A DNA stretch of 64,000 nucleotides, from contig OZ336873.1 in NCBI GenBank assembly GCA_965287045.1, positions 80,600,001 through 80,664,000 on the forward strand. The letters are read 5' to 3'. Both the position numbers and the translations under genes were made by a program. The notes beneath the pieces were generated by a model, which had not been told where the DNA came from, searched no databases, and saw nothing but the letters and a program-made list of their open reading frames with translations. Numbering within the stretch: position 1 is the stretch's first letter; each line of letters begins with the position of its first letter. Below, piece by piece: positions 35,356 to 48,417 of this stretch. The DNA is from Carcharhinus amblyrhynchos. Taxonomy: Eukaryota.

Positions 35356-36092
35356 CAGGGTTTCTGAATCAGACTATCTGAGAACCTGTGGGCGGAATTT
35401 TACCGGTACGTCCACCTGTATGAGTTTTGTACAATCCCGCCCAAGGCAAATGCCGTTCTCCAAGTCTCGTCCGTGCGTCCGTGGAATCGAAACCTGATTT
35501 TCCGTGAGATTTGATATTGGCCCCCTGTTCTCAAAGTAACCAGGCTACACAGTCTTACCATTGGACAGAACTAGCAGCAGGTCACATGATCCTTTTCCTT
35601 ACTCCCATTTTACCTTGAGTTAAAGAGGCAATTTAAAATATAATGATCTTGTAACACCCAGCTGTCTACCAGTTATTAAAAAAAAGTCCGTTGATATAGA
35701 TCTTCAAAATTTCAATTTATTCAGAATTCATAGTATTTTTGGAGAACAGTTTTCACTGTATGCGATCCCAGTTAGACATTTTTACCATTAAATCAGTTTC
35801 CTTAACCAATTAAATTGCATTGAACTTCATAAATAAATTATGCAATATCTCCAGCTCGATATTATTTTACAGGTAGTGGTTTGAAGCTTGCTTCAAGTAA
35901 TACATGGCCAACAGATCTGAACTACAGCATCAGTTCAGTATTACACTCCTTCCACTTATACATATCTTGCCATCGTTTACAGGGAAGTTAGCTTTGTGCC
36001 GATATTAATAGGAGTTTTGAAAGATTCCATATAGTCCAAATTTTTTATCTTTATTTCATGCCAGCTACAGTTGTATCACAGTAAGATAAGAA

Positions 36093-37035
36093 CAAACTAT
36101 TGCGGATGCTGGCATCTGAACCAAAAACAGAAAATGCTGGAAAATCTCAGCAGATCTGACAGCATTTGTGGAGAGAGAATAGAGCCAACGTTTCTAGTCT
36201 GGATGGCCCTTCATCATAATTGAAGACAAGGAAACTCGGACAAGATTTATACTGAAGGGAGGTGTAATTGACAGAGCTGAGTGCTGTAAATAAAAAGAGA
36301 AAAGGAATATAAACAGTGGTGATCGTGGCTGAGAAGGATGCCAAAAGACCATAAGATATAGGAGCAGAATTAGGCCATTCTGCCCATTGAGTGTGCTCCG
36401 CCATTCAATCTTTACCGATATGATTCTCACCCCCATTCTCCCACAGCCCTCTAGGCCAATGAATTCCACAGATTCACTGCTCTCTGGCTGAAATAATCCC
36501 TCCTTATCTCAGTTTTAAAGGAACTTCCCTTCAGTCTTGAGGTTGTGCTCTCAAGTTCTAGTCTCTCCCCCTCGTGGAAACATCCTCTTCACCTCCACAC
36601 TATTTAGGCCCATTAAGAGATCAGAGTCTGTAATTGGCAGAACAGAGGTAAGCAGAGAGTCAAAAGACAACCCGAGTCATGTAACAGATAGCCCTGGTGG
36701 GGTGGGGGAACAAGATGGGAAGAGAGATCTTAAAACAACAATGGAAGAAATGAAAATAATAAGAGAATAAAAATTAGTAAGGTGAAATGAAACCAGATAA
36801 AATAAATGGAGTGGAGCTGGAGGAACAAGTTCATGTTTTGCAGTCATGGAATTCAATGTTTGGTCCAAAAGGTTGTAAAATGCCTTATCCGAAGTTCAGG
36901 TGCTGTCTCTCCAGTTTGCGTTGGGCTTCACTGGAACATTGCAACAGGCCAATGACGGACATGTGGACAGGAGAGTTGGATGGGGTGTTGAAATGGCAAG
37001 GACAGGGAGGTTTGTGTCCTGCTTGCAGGTGGGCC
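36093..37035 (-). mobile_element. Penelope-like family B 3' fragment (GIY-YIG C-terminus and pLTR), interrupted by CR1
   Basis: KQDTNLPV... remnant at ~36900-37030; decayed hammerhead at 36185-36218 (minus: ATGATGAAGGGCCATCCAGACTAGAAACGTT). Confidence 0.7.
36348..36610 (-). mobile_element. CR1 LINE 3' end nested in Penelope
   Basis: ACCATAAGATATAGGAGCAGAATTAGGCCATTC tail. Confidence 0.85.
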
Positions 37036-37040
37036 TCATG

Positions 37041-37070
37041 TTACAGACCGTTATATTACAGACCGTTATA
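37041..37070. repeat. 15-bp tandem duplication
   Basis: TTACAGACCGTTATA x2. Confidence 0.9.
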
Positions 37071-37574
37071 TTGCAAACAGTACAAAGTGACTTTGGGCTA
37101 CCTGGATGTTTTTTGTGATACATCTCTAAATATGGTTTAGCAATTTCACCTGGAACTCGAACAGAGATACAGCCAATGCAAAAAAAAAGTTGTATAGATA
37201 ATAATGCAAGTTGTGCCACAACCTGAGCTTTTCCAGCTTGAACCTGCCAGTATTTGCAGTGGTGATTAAACTCTTCGTGTAACTAGTCTGCTGATAATGT
37301 GAGATCAAGTGAATCTGTTTATTTCATTTTATTTTGCCTAGTAAATTTAATTGTACCTCCCTTGCTACAGCTTTCAATTGTTCTGTGCTACGGGTGGCCA
37401 GCATTTCACCATTTAAATTCTCTTGCTGAACAAACATCTCTGCCTCAAGTATTGCCATTTTCTTAGTGTTAGGGAAAAAGGATTTGCTGTGGAAAGTTAC
37501 TGTGTTTTAAAATTTGCTCCAGACACCGAGTTTTCTTCTTTGATTCCAATTCCAGTGAGCTATCAAAATTGTGA

Positions 37575-37850
37575 GGCTTACCATTGACATGAAACTGAAC
37601 TGGACCAGCTATATAAAAACTGTGGCTCCAAGAGTAAGTCACAGGCTAGTAATCCTGCGGCAAGTAACTCATCTCCTGCCTCCCTAAAGCCTGCCCATCA
37701 TTTATTCGACACAAGTCAGGAGTGTGGTGGAGTGCTCCCCGCTGGTCCAGATGACTGTAGCTACAACAACACTCAACAAGCTGGACACCATCCAGGACAA
37801 AGCAGCCTGCTTGATTGGCATTGTATCTACAAACATCCACTCCCACCACC
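37575..37850 (+). mobile_element. Zenon-like LINE fragment
   Basis: VECSPLVQMTVATTTLNKLDTIQDKAACLIG. Confidence 0.75.
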
Positions 37851-38685
37851 ACCATCTTTCCACCATTTTTTGTTTTCATTTCAGATTTCCGGCATCCGCC
37901 ATATTTTGTTTTAATGCAGTAAATTAGGATTGCTTTTATACATTAACTGAGAATAGCTTAAATAATTGTGTTTCCTTTAACGTATCCATTCAGCTGAGCA
38001 TCTTTGTTTAAATAGCACACAGAACACAATAAAATGCTTATTACTAATAATGCACAATCTTAGTTTCAAGGTGCTCAAAGTTTGTTTTCAACCAGGATAC
38101 CCACTTAAGTGTTACAATCAAAATATAAGATATAAATAAGCTAGATTTAGGAACATTTAATTTCAACCTCATCCCTCTGGTGCCTTCACTCGTGTATCTA
38201 TGTTTTGAACACAGCGAGGTTTTTGTGAAAAGCTATTCCAAAGATTTACCACTGAGAGCAGTGCAATTATGTATACTACATTGAAATACATGATTATCAG
38301 CCAGAATAAAATGAGCAGAGAACAAAACTGTTTCCTGAAGTTAGATGGAGGGGGTTGACTCACAGGGTTAGCTTGTTGGCCATTTATAACACTTGCCTCC
38401 TGGCTCATAAGCCATGCTGTGACATCGACAACGTCACAGATTTCACCACCATTAACCTGTCAAGTTTCCCACAGACTCAGGAAACCCAGGTCACCTGCAG
38501 TTAAAAATGGAAGAACTGCTGGAACATAAGTGTACAGCCTCATTTTAATATTTAAATGACCGAACAGCTGAGGAGTTTGGTTTCCTGACTCTAATCCGTA
38601 GCTTCATTAAGGCCCAAAGTGGGTGGGTCCAATTCCAGGTCCAGTTCCAGGAGTTTTGCATTTTAACCTCTGCTGCAATCCAACG

Positions 38686-38985
38686 TGACATGGTGGCACA
38701 GTGGTTAGCACTGCAGCCTCACAGCACTAGGGACCTGGGTTCAATTCTGGCCTCTGTGTGGAGTTTGCAAGTTCTTCCCATGTATGCGTGGGTTTCGTCT
38801 GGGTGCTCCAGTTTCCTCCCACAGTCCAAAGATGTGCGAGTTAGGTTGATTGGCCAAGGTAAATTGCCCCTTAGTGTCAGACAAGCTAGGAGGGTAAATA
38901 TAAGCGGGGTTATGAGGATAGGACCAGAGTAGAATGATTGTTGTCGTTGCGGGCTCAATAGCCTCATACTGCACTGTCGATTCTA
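38686..38985 (+). mobile_element. HE1/V-type SINE, tail A
   Basis: Head, V-domain and tail. Confidence 0.85.
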
Positions 38986-39545
38986 TAAATTCACACATTC
39001 TTGGGAGTTTGGATTCAGCCTTTCTTTGTCAGATAGCATGCATCTTTAAACAAGCATGGAGTGGGATGTAAAATTAAATAGCTTCTTTTGGCAGGACATC
39101 AAAAAGGATACTATCAAGACAGCACATAATTTCATTCAGTGCAAAATGAATAGCTCATTCTCTTGCGCCTTCGGCAATCTGAAGGTTCTTGGCCAGTTTG
39201 TGCAATAATTTTCAGTCCCTGAATAGGGGAATTCTGACAAGCCTTGATGTTATACCCACCCACCCAATCACATCCTATCAACACATTCCTCTTATCTGTC
39301 TTTGAGGGTTGGATTTTACATCAAGGGAGCAACTCCCACCACAGGGATCGGAAGAAGAAAGGGATGAGCCAGAGACTTGTGTGTAATGTTAAGGGAGCCA
39401 GCCAGTTTAGGTCAAGCACGGGGTGGGTGGGAGTAAGTTCTGGAACATCAGTTGTTAATGCTATCTTTGAAAGTCAGGCAGCAGTACAGGTTAATTTGCA
39501 GCTCTGAAGGGAGCAGTGAAAAGGTCATGGACACAGTGGAAATCA

Positions 39546-39870
39546 TTGAATCATAGAATCCCTATAGTGCAGAATGAGGTCATTTGGCCCATCGAGTCTG
39601 CATTGACAACAACCCCACCCAGGCCCTAACTCTGTAACCCACATACTTACACTGCTAGCCCCCCTAACACAAAGGGGCAATTTAGCGTGGCCAATTAATC
39701 TAACCGCACATCTTTAGAGTGTGGGAGGAAACTGGAGCACCCAAAGAAAACCCACACAAACATGGGGAGAATTTGCAAAGACCGCACAGACAGTGGCCCA
39801 AAGCTGAAATTAAACCCCGGTCCCTGGCACCGTGAGGCAGCAGTGCTAATCACTTTACCATCGTGCCACC
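39546..39870 (-). mobile_element. HE1/V-type SINE, tail A
   Basis: Reverse full-length copy. Confidence 0.85.
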
Positions 39871-39879
39871 AGGCTGTTG

Positions 39880-41180
39880 CTTTGCCTGAGGGCGAATAAT
39901 AATTACGGAAGGCACCACCTTCTCCTGTCAGGGGAAATGCCTTGGTGTCACCAGTCAGGCAAAGATGATTCCTGCAGAGGTAAGCAGGAGACTTGCCTGT
40001 TGTTGGACAGTCAAGTTGCTGTCACCTCCTGTTGTGAACAGTGACTAATAGGAATGTCTGTGCTTGCAGGAGAAGAGAGCTCACAATGCTCGGTGGATGT
40101 CTAGAGCTAAAGGAGGTGTGCCCTACAGGCATCCTGACTCCTATGGAGGAAGAAATGCTCCAGTGGAGGCAGGCCAGGCTGCAGCAGTTGGTGAGATAGG
40201 TCTGGAACCCTGAGAAAGGAGATAACTCGATGGAAACAAAAGACTTTCTGGCGAGCACAGATCATGTTACTCATGCGTGTACCACTGCTCAGATGAAGCT
40301 TATACAGCATCCCCACATCAGATAAAGTTTTACAGGAGGAGTGATGAGAAGGACATGTTGGAAAGAGTATGGGCCTCTCATCAGTCTTATCTCTCCCGCT
40401 GGCCATTAACAAGAGTGGCCCGTCACCGATCCTGAGGGATAACTCCTATCTCTCCCACACCATCACCAGCACAGATATTCTCATGTCAGTGGGTAGTTGC
40501 ACATGGCTAATAATGGGCTCACATTCCAGTCAGCGTAGTACAGACGCACCTGAGCAGCTAATGGAGGCAGTGACAGTTGAGGTCACTCATACTCAGAGGA
40601 TCACTGGAGAGCAAAGCAGTGCTGAGCCTCAGGCAGATCTCTGGCCTCTGGAGATATCAATAGGGTGGTAGTTGCTGAAGCTGTAGAGTGAAGTGTGTGA
40701 ACATATGGTGGAGCTTCCAGGGCGAGATGAACCTTGGCATGGGCAATGGGGGAGGTCTGTTCGGTCATGAGTGCCAACATGACCCTGGCATGTAATCATG
40801 TTGCACTCAGCATTGAGAAAGTGATAATCTTTCTTAAGAGCCATGTCCAACAAGCTATTCAGTGGATGTTAAAGAGGGTCTGAAGGCCGTCAGCACCTTC
40901 ATGAGCTCTGAGGAGTAGTGACTGGGCAAGAGGGAAATGAGACTCTTGAAACCATTACCGTGCACCTGTACTCTCAGGTGAGCAGGAAGTGAGAGGCATG
41001 TCCTGCCACCTGCAGTACCTTGGCGCTTCTCCCATGGCACTCTCGGTTTGGGCAGAAGTCCATCAGCCCCTCTGGCAGCGACAGCAGCACCTCACAAAGC
41101 CATGGAGACAGAGAGCATCCCTGCACTTGTGGATGAGGACCTACCTATGCCGAGGCCATCAGGCAACTAGAGAGCAATTG
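39880..41180 (+). mobile_element. Decayed Harbinger-type Myb/SANT-like gene remnant
   Basis: ttgcAG|EKRAHNAR...KGGVP...ILTPMEEEML resembles Harbinger Myb-like proteins (from memory); heavily degraded. Confidence 0.4.
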
Positions 41181-41221
41181 TGAAATCACCAAAGGTCACA
41201 GAGCAGCAAGTTGAACAGTCT

Positions 41222-41347
41222 GGCCAGAATTTTACTGGCATACTAGCCCCGAATCTGGGGGCAGGCGAGGTTCGGAGACGGCATTCTCCGTTGGCCTCGG
41301 GTGAGATCATACAGACCTCGAGCAGACATGCCAGTAAAATTCTGTCC
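41222..41347. mobile_element. MITE with 3-bp TSD (PIF/Harbinger-type)
   Basis: TCT|GGCCAGAATTTTACTGGCA...TGCCAGTAAAATTCTGTCC|TCT. Confidence 0.7.
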
Positions 41348-41947
41348 TCTGTCTCCGCATCTGTTGACAGAGCAGTGAGAACACCTGAAAGCATGTGAAG
41401 AAGTCCGTATTGGTGCACACAGGTCACACAAGTTTTTTCTTGGATGTTCAATGTCACCTTGACATGTAGTTGTCTGAAATAATGTTTACCACTGAAAGAA
41501 TCCTCTACTGTCACCACAATTAATTCAGTATCCTGTTTCTAGCCTTCAATTTATTTTACAATTGCACAGAAACTCCTTTGGGTTGTTAAATAGATGCAGT
41601 CATGTAAAATAATGGAAGTATATTCAATCTCATGCTTCATAACATTGTCCTGTACAAATTATGAGAAAGCAATTTTTTTAATTTATTGGTGGGATGTGGG
41701 CAATACTGGCAAGGCTAGGTTTCATTACCCATCCTTGAATGTCCTTCAGAACGTGGTGATGCGCTATCTGCTTCAACTGCTGTAGTCCACATGGTTATAG
41801 ATATAGTCCCAATGCTGTTCGGGAGGGAGTTCCAGGATTTTAACCCAGTGACTATGAAGGAATGGCAATAAGCTTCCAAATCAGGATGGTGTGTGACTTG
41901 AAGAGTAGTTGGAGGCGGTAGTTTTCCCATGCATTTGCTGCCATTGT

Positions 41948-43195
41948 CATAGAGGTTTACAGCGTGGAAATAGATTCTTCGTCCCAACTTGTCCATGCTG
42001 GCCAATTTTTAGCATTAAGCTCATCCCAATTATCTGCATTTTGCCCATTTTCCCTCTATACCCATCCTTATCCATGTAACTATCTAAATGCTTTTTAAAA
42101 GACAAAATCGTACCTGCCTCTACTACTACCTCTGGCAGCTCGTTCCACACATACACCACCCTCTGGATCCTTTTGTAAGTCTCACCTTAAACCTATGCCC
42201 TCTAATTTTAGACTCCCCTACATTTGGGAAAAAATGTTGTCTATTTACCTTATCTCTGTCCTTCATTATTTTATAGACGCTATAAAATCATCCTAAGCCT
42301 CCTACACGCCTGGGAAAATGTCCCAGTCTATTCTTATAACTCAAACCATCAAGTTCCAGTAACATCTGAATAAATCTTTTCTGCACTCTTTCTAGTATAA
42401 TAATATCCTTTCTATAATAGGATGACCAAAACTGTACACAATATTCAAGTGTGGCTTTACCAATGTCTTGTACAACTTCAACAACGCATGCCACCTCCTG
42501 TATTCAATGTTCTGACCAAAGAAACCAAGCAGTCTGAATGCCTTCTTCACCACTCTGTCCACCTGTGACTCCACTTTCAAAGTACTATGAACCTAAAGCC
42601 CCAGACCTCCTTGTTCTATAACTATCCCCAAGACCCTATGATGAACTGCCTGCCTGGTTCAATCTACCAAAATGCATCACTTTGCATTTCTTGAAATTAA
42701 ACTCCATCTGCCATTCATCAGCCCACTGGCCCAATTGATCAAGATTCCATTGCAATCCTAGATAACCTTCTTCACTGTCCACTATGCCACCAATCTTGGT
42801 GTCATCTGCAAACTTAATAACTGATCTGCCTCCTAAATTCTCATCTAAATCACAGGCCTCCAGTTTGAGAACAACGTTCTACAACCACCTTCTGGCTTCT
42901 TTCATCAAGCCAATTTTGTATCCAATTGGCTACCTCACCCTGTATCCTGAGATTTAACTTTATACAACTGCTTAGCATGTGCTACCTTGTTAAAGGCCTT
43001 GCTTAAGTCCATGTAGACAAATTCAGTTGCGCTGCCCTGATCTACCTTCTTGGATATCCCTTCAAAAAATACAAATGAAATTCATGAGACATGATTTTCT
43101 ATTCACAGAGCCATGCTGACTATCCCTAATCAGCCCTTGCCTCTCTAAATGCCAGTGGATCATATCTCTCAGAATACCTTCTAATAACTTGTCTT
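41948..43195 (-). mobile_element. CR1 LINE ORF2 3' portion
   Basis: FADDTK, LEYCVQFWSSYYRKDI, WNELPEVVVEAG. Confidence 0.9.
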
Positions 43196-43214
43196 TCTGG
43201 TGTTAGAGGTTCTG

Positions 43215-43645
43215 GTGTGCAGTTATGGATGCCACACTGTGGGAAGGATGTGATTACACTAGAAAGGGTGCAGAGGAGATTCACCAGGATGTTGACTGGG
43301 CTGGAGCATTTCACCTATGGAAGGAGGCTGATTAAGCTGTGGTTATTTTCCTTAGAGCAGAGAAGACTGAGGGGGAACCATATTGAGATGTACAAAATAA
43401 TGAGGGACATAAATAAGATAGACAGGAAGAAATTTTTCCCCTTAGGGTGGTGAGAATCACACTGCTTGAAAGGGTGGTAAAGGCAAGAATCTTCACAACA
43501 CTTAAGAAACATTGGAAATGCCATTGCATGGAAGGCTGTGGAGTAAGTGCCGGAAAATGGGATTAGAATCAATTGGTGTTTGATGGCTGGCACAGACACA
43601 GTGGGCTGAAGGGTCTCTTTCTGTGCCGTAAAACTCTCTCACTCT
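43215..43645 (+). mobile_element. CR1 LINE 3' fragment
   Basis: LERVQRRFTRMLTGL...LEQRRLRGNHIEMYK. Confidence 0.85.
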
Positions 43646-43977
43646 AGGTTTGGAAGGTTTTGGAAATGGAGCATTAACATGTTGCTGCACTGCATCTTGT
43701 AAAAGGCTACATTGCTATCCTGGTGCATTTTTGAGAGTGAATGTTTTAAGGTAGTGGATGAGGGTGCCAATCAAGTGGACTACTTTCTCCTGGATAGTGT
43801 CAAGCTTCTTGAATGTTGCTGGAGTTGCACTTATTTAAGCAAATGCGGTCTATTCCACCAAATTACTGACTTGTGCCTTGTTGATGGTGGGTTGACATTG
43901 TGAAGGAAAAAGATGAATTACTTGCCACAGAATTCCCAGTCTCTTTCTTGCTCTTGTAGCCCCACTATGAGGCCACT

Positions 43978-44285
43978 CATAGAATCCCGACGGTGGAGCA
44001 GGGAGGCCATGCAGCCCATTGAGCTTGCATCAACAATCCTACCCAAGCCCTATCCCTGTAACCCCATGTATTCACCCTGCTAATCCCCCTGACATTAAGG
44101 GTCAATTTAACATGTACCTAATTCACCTAACATGTCCACCTTTGGGCTGTGGGGGGAATCCAGAACACCCAAAGGAAACCCATGCAGACACAGAGAGAAT
44201 GTGAAAACTCCACACTGTCATCCGAGGCTGGAATTGAACCTGTGCCCCTGGCGATGTGAGGCTGCGATGATAACCATTAGGCCAC
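43978..44285 (-). mobile_element. HE1/V-type SINE, tail A
   Basis: Reverse copy. Confidence 0.8.
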
Positions 44286-44504
44286 TACACTGTCCGTCCA
44301 GTTACATTTCTGGTTATTTGTGATCCCCAGAATGGTTATGGTGGGGAATTCAGTCATAGTAATACCATTGAATGTCAAGGGAATTGTTTTGATTTTTTCT
44401 TGATGGAGATGATTGTTGCCTGACGCTTGTGTGGCGAAAATGTTACTTGCCACATACCAGCCTAAGCTTGAATGTCTGGATCTTGCTGCATATGGAAAAG
44501 GGTC

Positions 44505-44812
44505 GGCACAGCACACAGTGGTTAACACTGCTGCCTCACAGCACCAAGAACCGGGTTCAAATCCCAGCTTGGGTCACTGTCTGTGTGGAGTTTACGCATT
44601 CTCCCCATGTCTGCGTGGGTATTCTCCAGATGCTCTGGTTTCCTCCCACTGTTAAAAGTTAGGTAGATTGGCGAAGCTAATGTCCCTTAGTGTCAGGGGG
44701 CCTAGCTAGGGTAAAATACATAGGCTTATAGGGATAGGGCCTGGATGGGATTGTGATGGGTGCAGACTCGATGAACCAAATTGCCTCCTTCTGTACTGTA
44801 GGATTCTATGAT
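44505..44812 (+). mobile_element. HE1/V-type SINE, tail A
   Basis: Head, V-domain and tail. Confidence 0.85.
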
Positions 44813-46413
44813 GTGGATAAGATTTGCTTCAGTATCTGAGGAGTCAGAAATACTGTGTTCATCAGTGAACATCCCACTTCAAAAGGAAGATCATTGATGA
44901 AGTAGCTTAAGATGGTTGGGTCTAGGACACTGCCATGAGGAACTCTTAAAGCGATGTCCTGGGGTTGAGATGATTGGCTTCCAACAGTCATAAGCATATT
45001 CATAGCAATATAAAATAGCCAGTGTGATTCTTGTCTGTTAATAGATTTAAATGTCAATATTAAATAAACCTCCATGTTGGCAGCAATTCATTTACACTTC
45101 AGAATATCCATAGTTTCCCCATAATTTACATGAGAATTATCCACCTGCAATTGCCAATAGGTGTGTGTCATTCAGGAGATTACAATTAGGAGAGCACACA
45201 AATGCAAATTGTAGATGGTCTAACAGGAAGAGGGAGTTCAATAAACAAAATATTATTTTAGTGCTGTGTGCTTTTGAGTCATCAGGGGCAAAGGTTTCTG
45301 GCAGGGCTCACCCCAAAACTGGAAAATCCCTCCCGAGGTCAAAGACTATTGCATGGCCTGCCCCCGCTACGATTCCAATTCCTGTGGTGGGTAGGATGGG
45401 AAGATTCCGCCCAACCTCCCCCACCCCCCGCCGCCACACACACGCATACACACACACACACAAAATCCCCAGGTCCGGAAAAGGTGATGGATTTCACGCA
45501 AAGGGTACCACAATCCACAACCCAATAACACAAAGAAAATTCACAGTCTCCTGGCCCTCGTTCCTAACAGGTCCTGTTTTACTGCCAACTCAGCGATTTA
45601 ATTAGAGGTATTGCGAGAACTACCAATTAAAGGTAGCACTTTCAAGTGGGAAGAAAAGCATAATTATACCCTGTTTCTGATCCAGCAACTGCCTTGCAGT
45701 TATGCAGTGATGGGTTCCTTCGATACAAAGCTGTAAAGGCCAGTGCAGATCTCTGCTGATGCCAATTGATGGGCTTGGAAGTCACCCTTATGAAAAATAT
45801 AATGTTTTATTGTCTATGTCAGTCAATCACTCAATCCACAGGCAATGCTACAGCCAGATTGTGTGTAAGATGTTAGCAATTATATGAGCAGCGCAACAGT
45901 TGCACCTGAACATCTGTGGTTAACAATTTATCGGGGACAATTGTTAGCTTCGCCATCTGGGCATTAATGTAGTAGTTTGTAGAACTCATTCGATTTTCTA
46001 CACCTGAAGTAATTGCTCAGCTGATATCAAAAAAGCCACATATAAGGTTCTTAAACCACAAGCAGGCAAGCAGTGTTTACACACAAATAAATGACGCAAG
46101 TAAGACACCAGTTATGGTTTATCTGACAAAATCTATCCATCACTGAGAGGAACATCATTTCAAGTGGTGAATTGTAGCTACAAGATTGAAACATATCTCT
46201 TAACCACACTAGTTATCAAGGACTAGTCAAAACTAAAGCTCTCAGTGCACCACAGTGTGTTTTTTTTTCTTTCTTAGGCAATAAAATAGGAGAAGCCATG
46301 CAAAAGATGACTCAGCTGTCAGGCATCAAACACATTGCAATACCACCCACCATGCAGGATCCACCCAGCTATCCACAGTGGAGTTAGTGTAGGTTCTGAG
46401 GAGTTCAGTCTGA

Positions 46414-46732
46414 GGGGCAGCACGGTGGCACAGCGATTAGAACTGCTGCCTCATGGTGCCAGGGACCAGGTTCGATTCCTGGCTTAAGTCACTGTCTGTA
46501 CGGAGTCTGCATGTTATCCCCATGTCTGCATGGGTTTCCTCCAGGTGCTTTGGTTTCCTTCCACAGCTCAAAGATGTGTAGGTTAGGTGGACTGGTCATA
46601 CTAAATTATCACTCTGTGCCGGGGGGGTGGTTAGCAGGATAAATTTGTGGAGTCACAGCCCAGTAACAGAGTTGTCAGTGCAGGCTCAATGGGCTGAATG
46701 GCTTCCTTCTGCACTGTAGGGATTCTATCATT
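46414..46732 (+). mobile_element. HE1/V-type SINE, tail A
   Basis: Full-length copy. Confidence 0.85.
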
Positions 46733-46895
46733 CTCAGTGATTCTCTTTATTTATTGGTTGATTATTTATAGGATCATGAATTGAAATAACCACAATGTTA
46801 CAATTCAACAATATTTTGCAATGCACAGAATTCCAGATGTGCTAAAGTCAGACAGTTGTCCGTTCTGGTATACAGGAGAACATCAGTTTGTATTA

Positions 46896-47197
46896 TAGAA
46901 TCATAGAAAGCCTTCAGCATAGAGGAGACCATTAAGCCCATTGAGTCTGCACTGACAACAATCCCACCCAGGTCCTATTCCCGCCACCCTACATATTTGC
47001 CCCTGTCACTAAGGGGCAATTTAGCATTGTCAATTCACCTGATCTGCAAAGCTTTCAACTATGGGAGGAAACTGGAGCACCCAGAGGAAATCCACGCAGA
47101 CATAGGTAGAATGTGCAGACTCCACACAGTCACTCAAGGTCAGAATTGAGCCCGGATCCCTGGCTCTGTGAGGCAGCAGTACTAACCACTGTGCCGT
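46896..47197 (-). mobile_element. HE1/V-type SINE, tail A
   Basis: Reverse copy. Confidence 0.85.
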
Positions 47198-47306
47198 ATA
47201 ACACCAGAATTACTAACACTAAATACCAATACTGAATGATTCACGAGAACAATCAAAAAAGTGAATCCAAAATGTTCACTTAGATGTTTGTGGCAGTTAC
47301 AATTTT

Positions 47307-47652
47307 CATAGAACATAGAAGACTACAGTGCAGAAAGAGGCCCTTCAGCCCATCAAGTCCACACCAACCACAATCCCACCCAGGCCCTACCCCCATATCC
47401 CTACATATAATACCCACTAATCCCTCTAACCTACACATCCCAAGACACTAAGGGGCAATTTCTTAGCATGGCTAATCAACCTAACCCACACATCTTTGGA
47501 CTGTGGGAGGAATCCGGAGCACCCAGAGGAAACCTATGCAGACACAAGGAGAATGTGCAAACTCCACACTGACAGTGACCCGAGCTGGGAATCGAACCCA
47601 GAACCCCAGAGCTGTGAAGCAGCAGTGCTAACCACTGTGCTACCGTGCCACC
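47307..47652 (-). mobile_element. HE1/V-type SINE, tail A
   Basis: Reverse copy. Confidence 0.85.
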
Positions 47653-47679
47653 CCACGTGTGTTCGACACACAGTGTTAC

Positions 47680-48005
47680 ACCTGGACAGAGTACATGGGA
47701 TGAAAGTGTTTCCACTGACGGCAGGATCAATAACAAGGGGGCACAGATTTAAGGTAATTGGCAGAAGAAGCAATAGAGATATGAGGAGGAACTTTATCAC
47801 GCTGCCAGTAGTTGGGATCTGGAATGCACTGACTGAGGATATGGTCGAGATAGGTTCAAGCAAGGCATTCAAGTAGGAGTTGGATTATGATCGGAACAGG
47901 AAGAATGTGCAGGGCTATAGTGAAAGTCGCATTAGGTAAATTGCTGTTTCGGAGAGCCAGCAGACACAGCAGCCGACTGGCCTCCCTCTGTGCTGCAGTG
48001 ATTGA
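47680..48005 (+). mobile_element. CR1 LINE 3' fragment
   Basis: TRGHRFKVIGRR...RRNFIT..VVGIWNAL. Confidence 0.8.
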
Positions 48006-48417
48006 TTCCCTCATTTCACCAGATATTGAAAATCCCAGTGTTTCACTTTTTTATCTTGCACGTGAAATGATGAGATGAAAGATTTAAGGAAACATAATGC
48101 CTCCAAATAAACTATTTGCTTTCCCCATGATCCACAGATTCAGTTCCATTTGAGCTGTTCAAAAAGCTAGAAGTATATTTTTCTTCAAGCAGGTAATGTC
48201 AGATTATTAACATATAATACAGACGGAATGGAAAATTGACTTTTGCTGGTTCTGAACCAAGTACTGTAACAATCAATACCAGATTAAGCACCAATAACTC
48301 GTAACCTCATTTTCAGAACAGAGTTTCTGAAAATCAGCTTCATTGATGAATGACTATTTTACAAGTTTGTACATCATGTTTTAGCAAGCCACTTACATGT
48401 CTAACAAAATTACATGG

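Larger units (their letters stand above)
41675..44995 (-). mobile_element. Zenon-like LINE broken into four pieces by CR1 and SINE insertions
   Basis: Collinear pieces 41675-41945, 43650-43965, 44288-44490, 44812-44995 (VPHGSVLDPT...INDLP). Confidence 0.65.
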
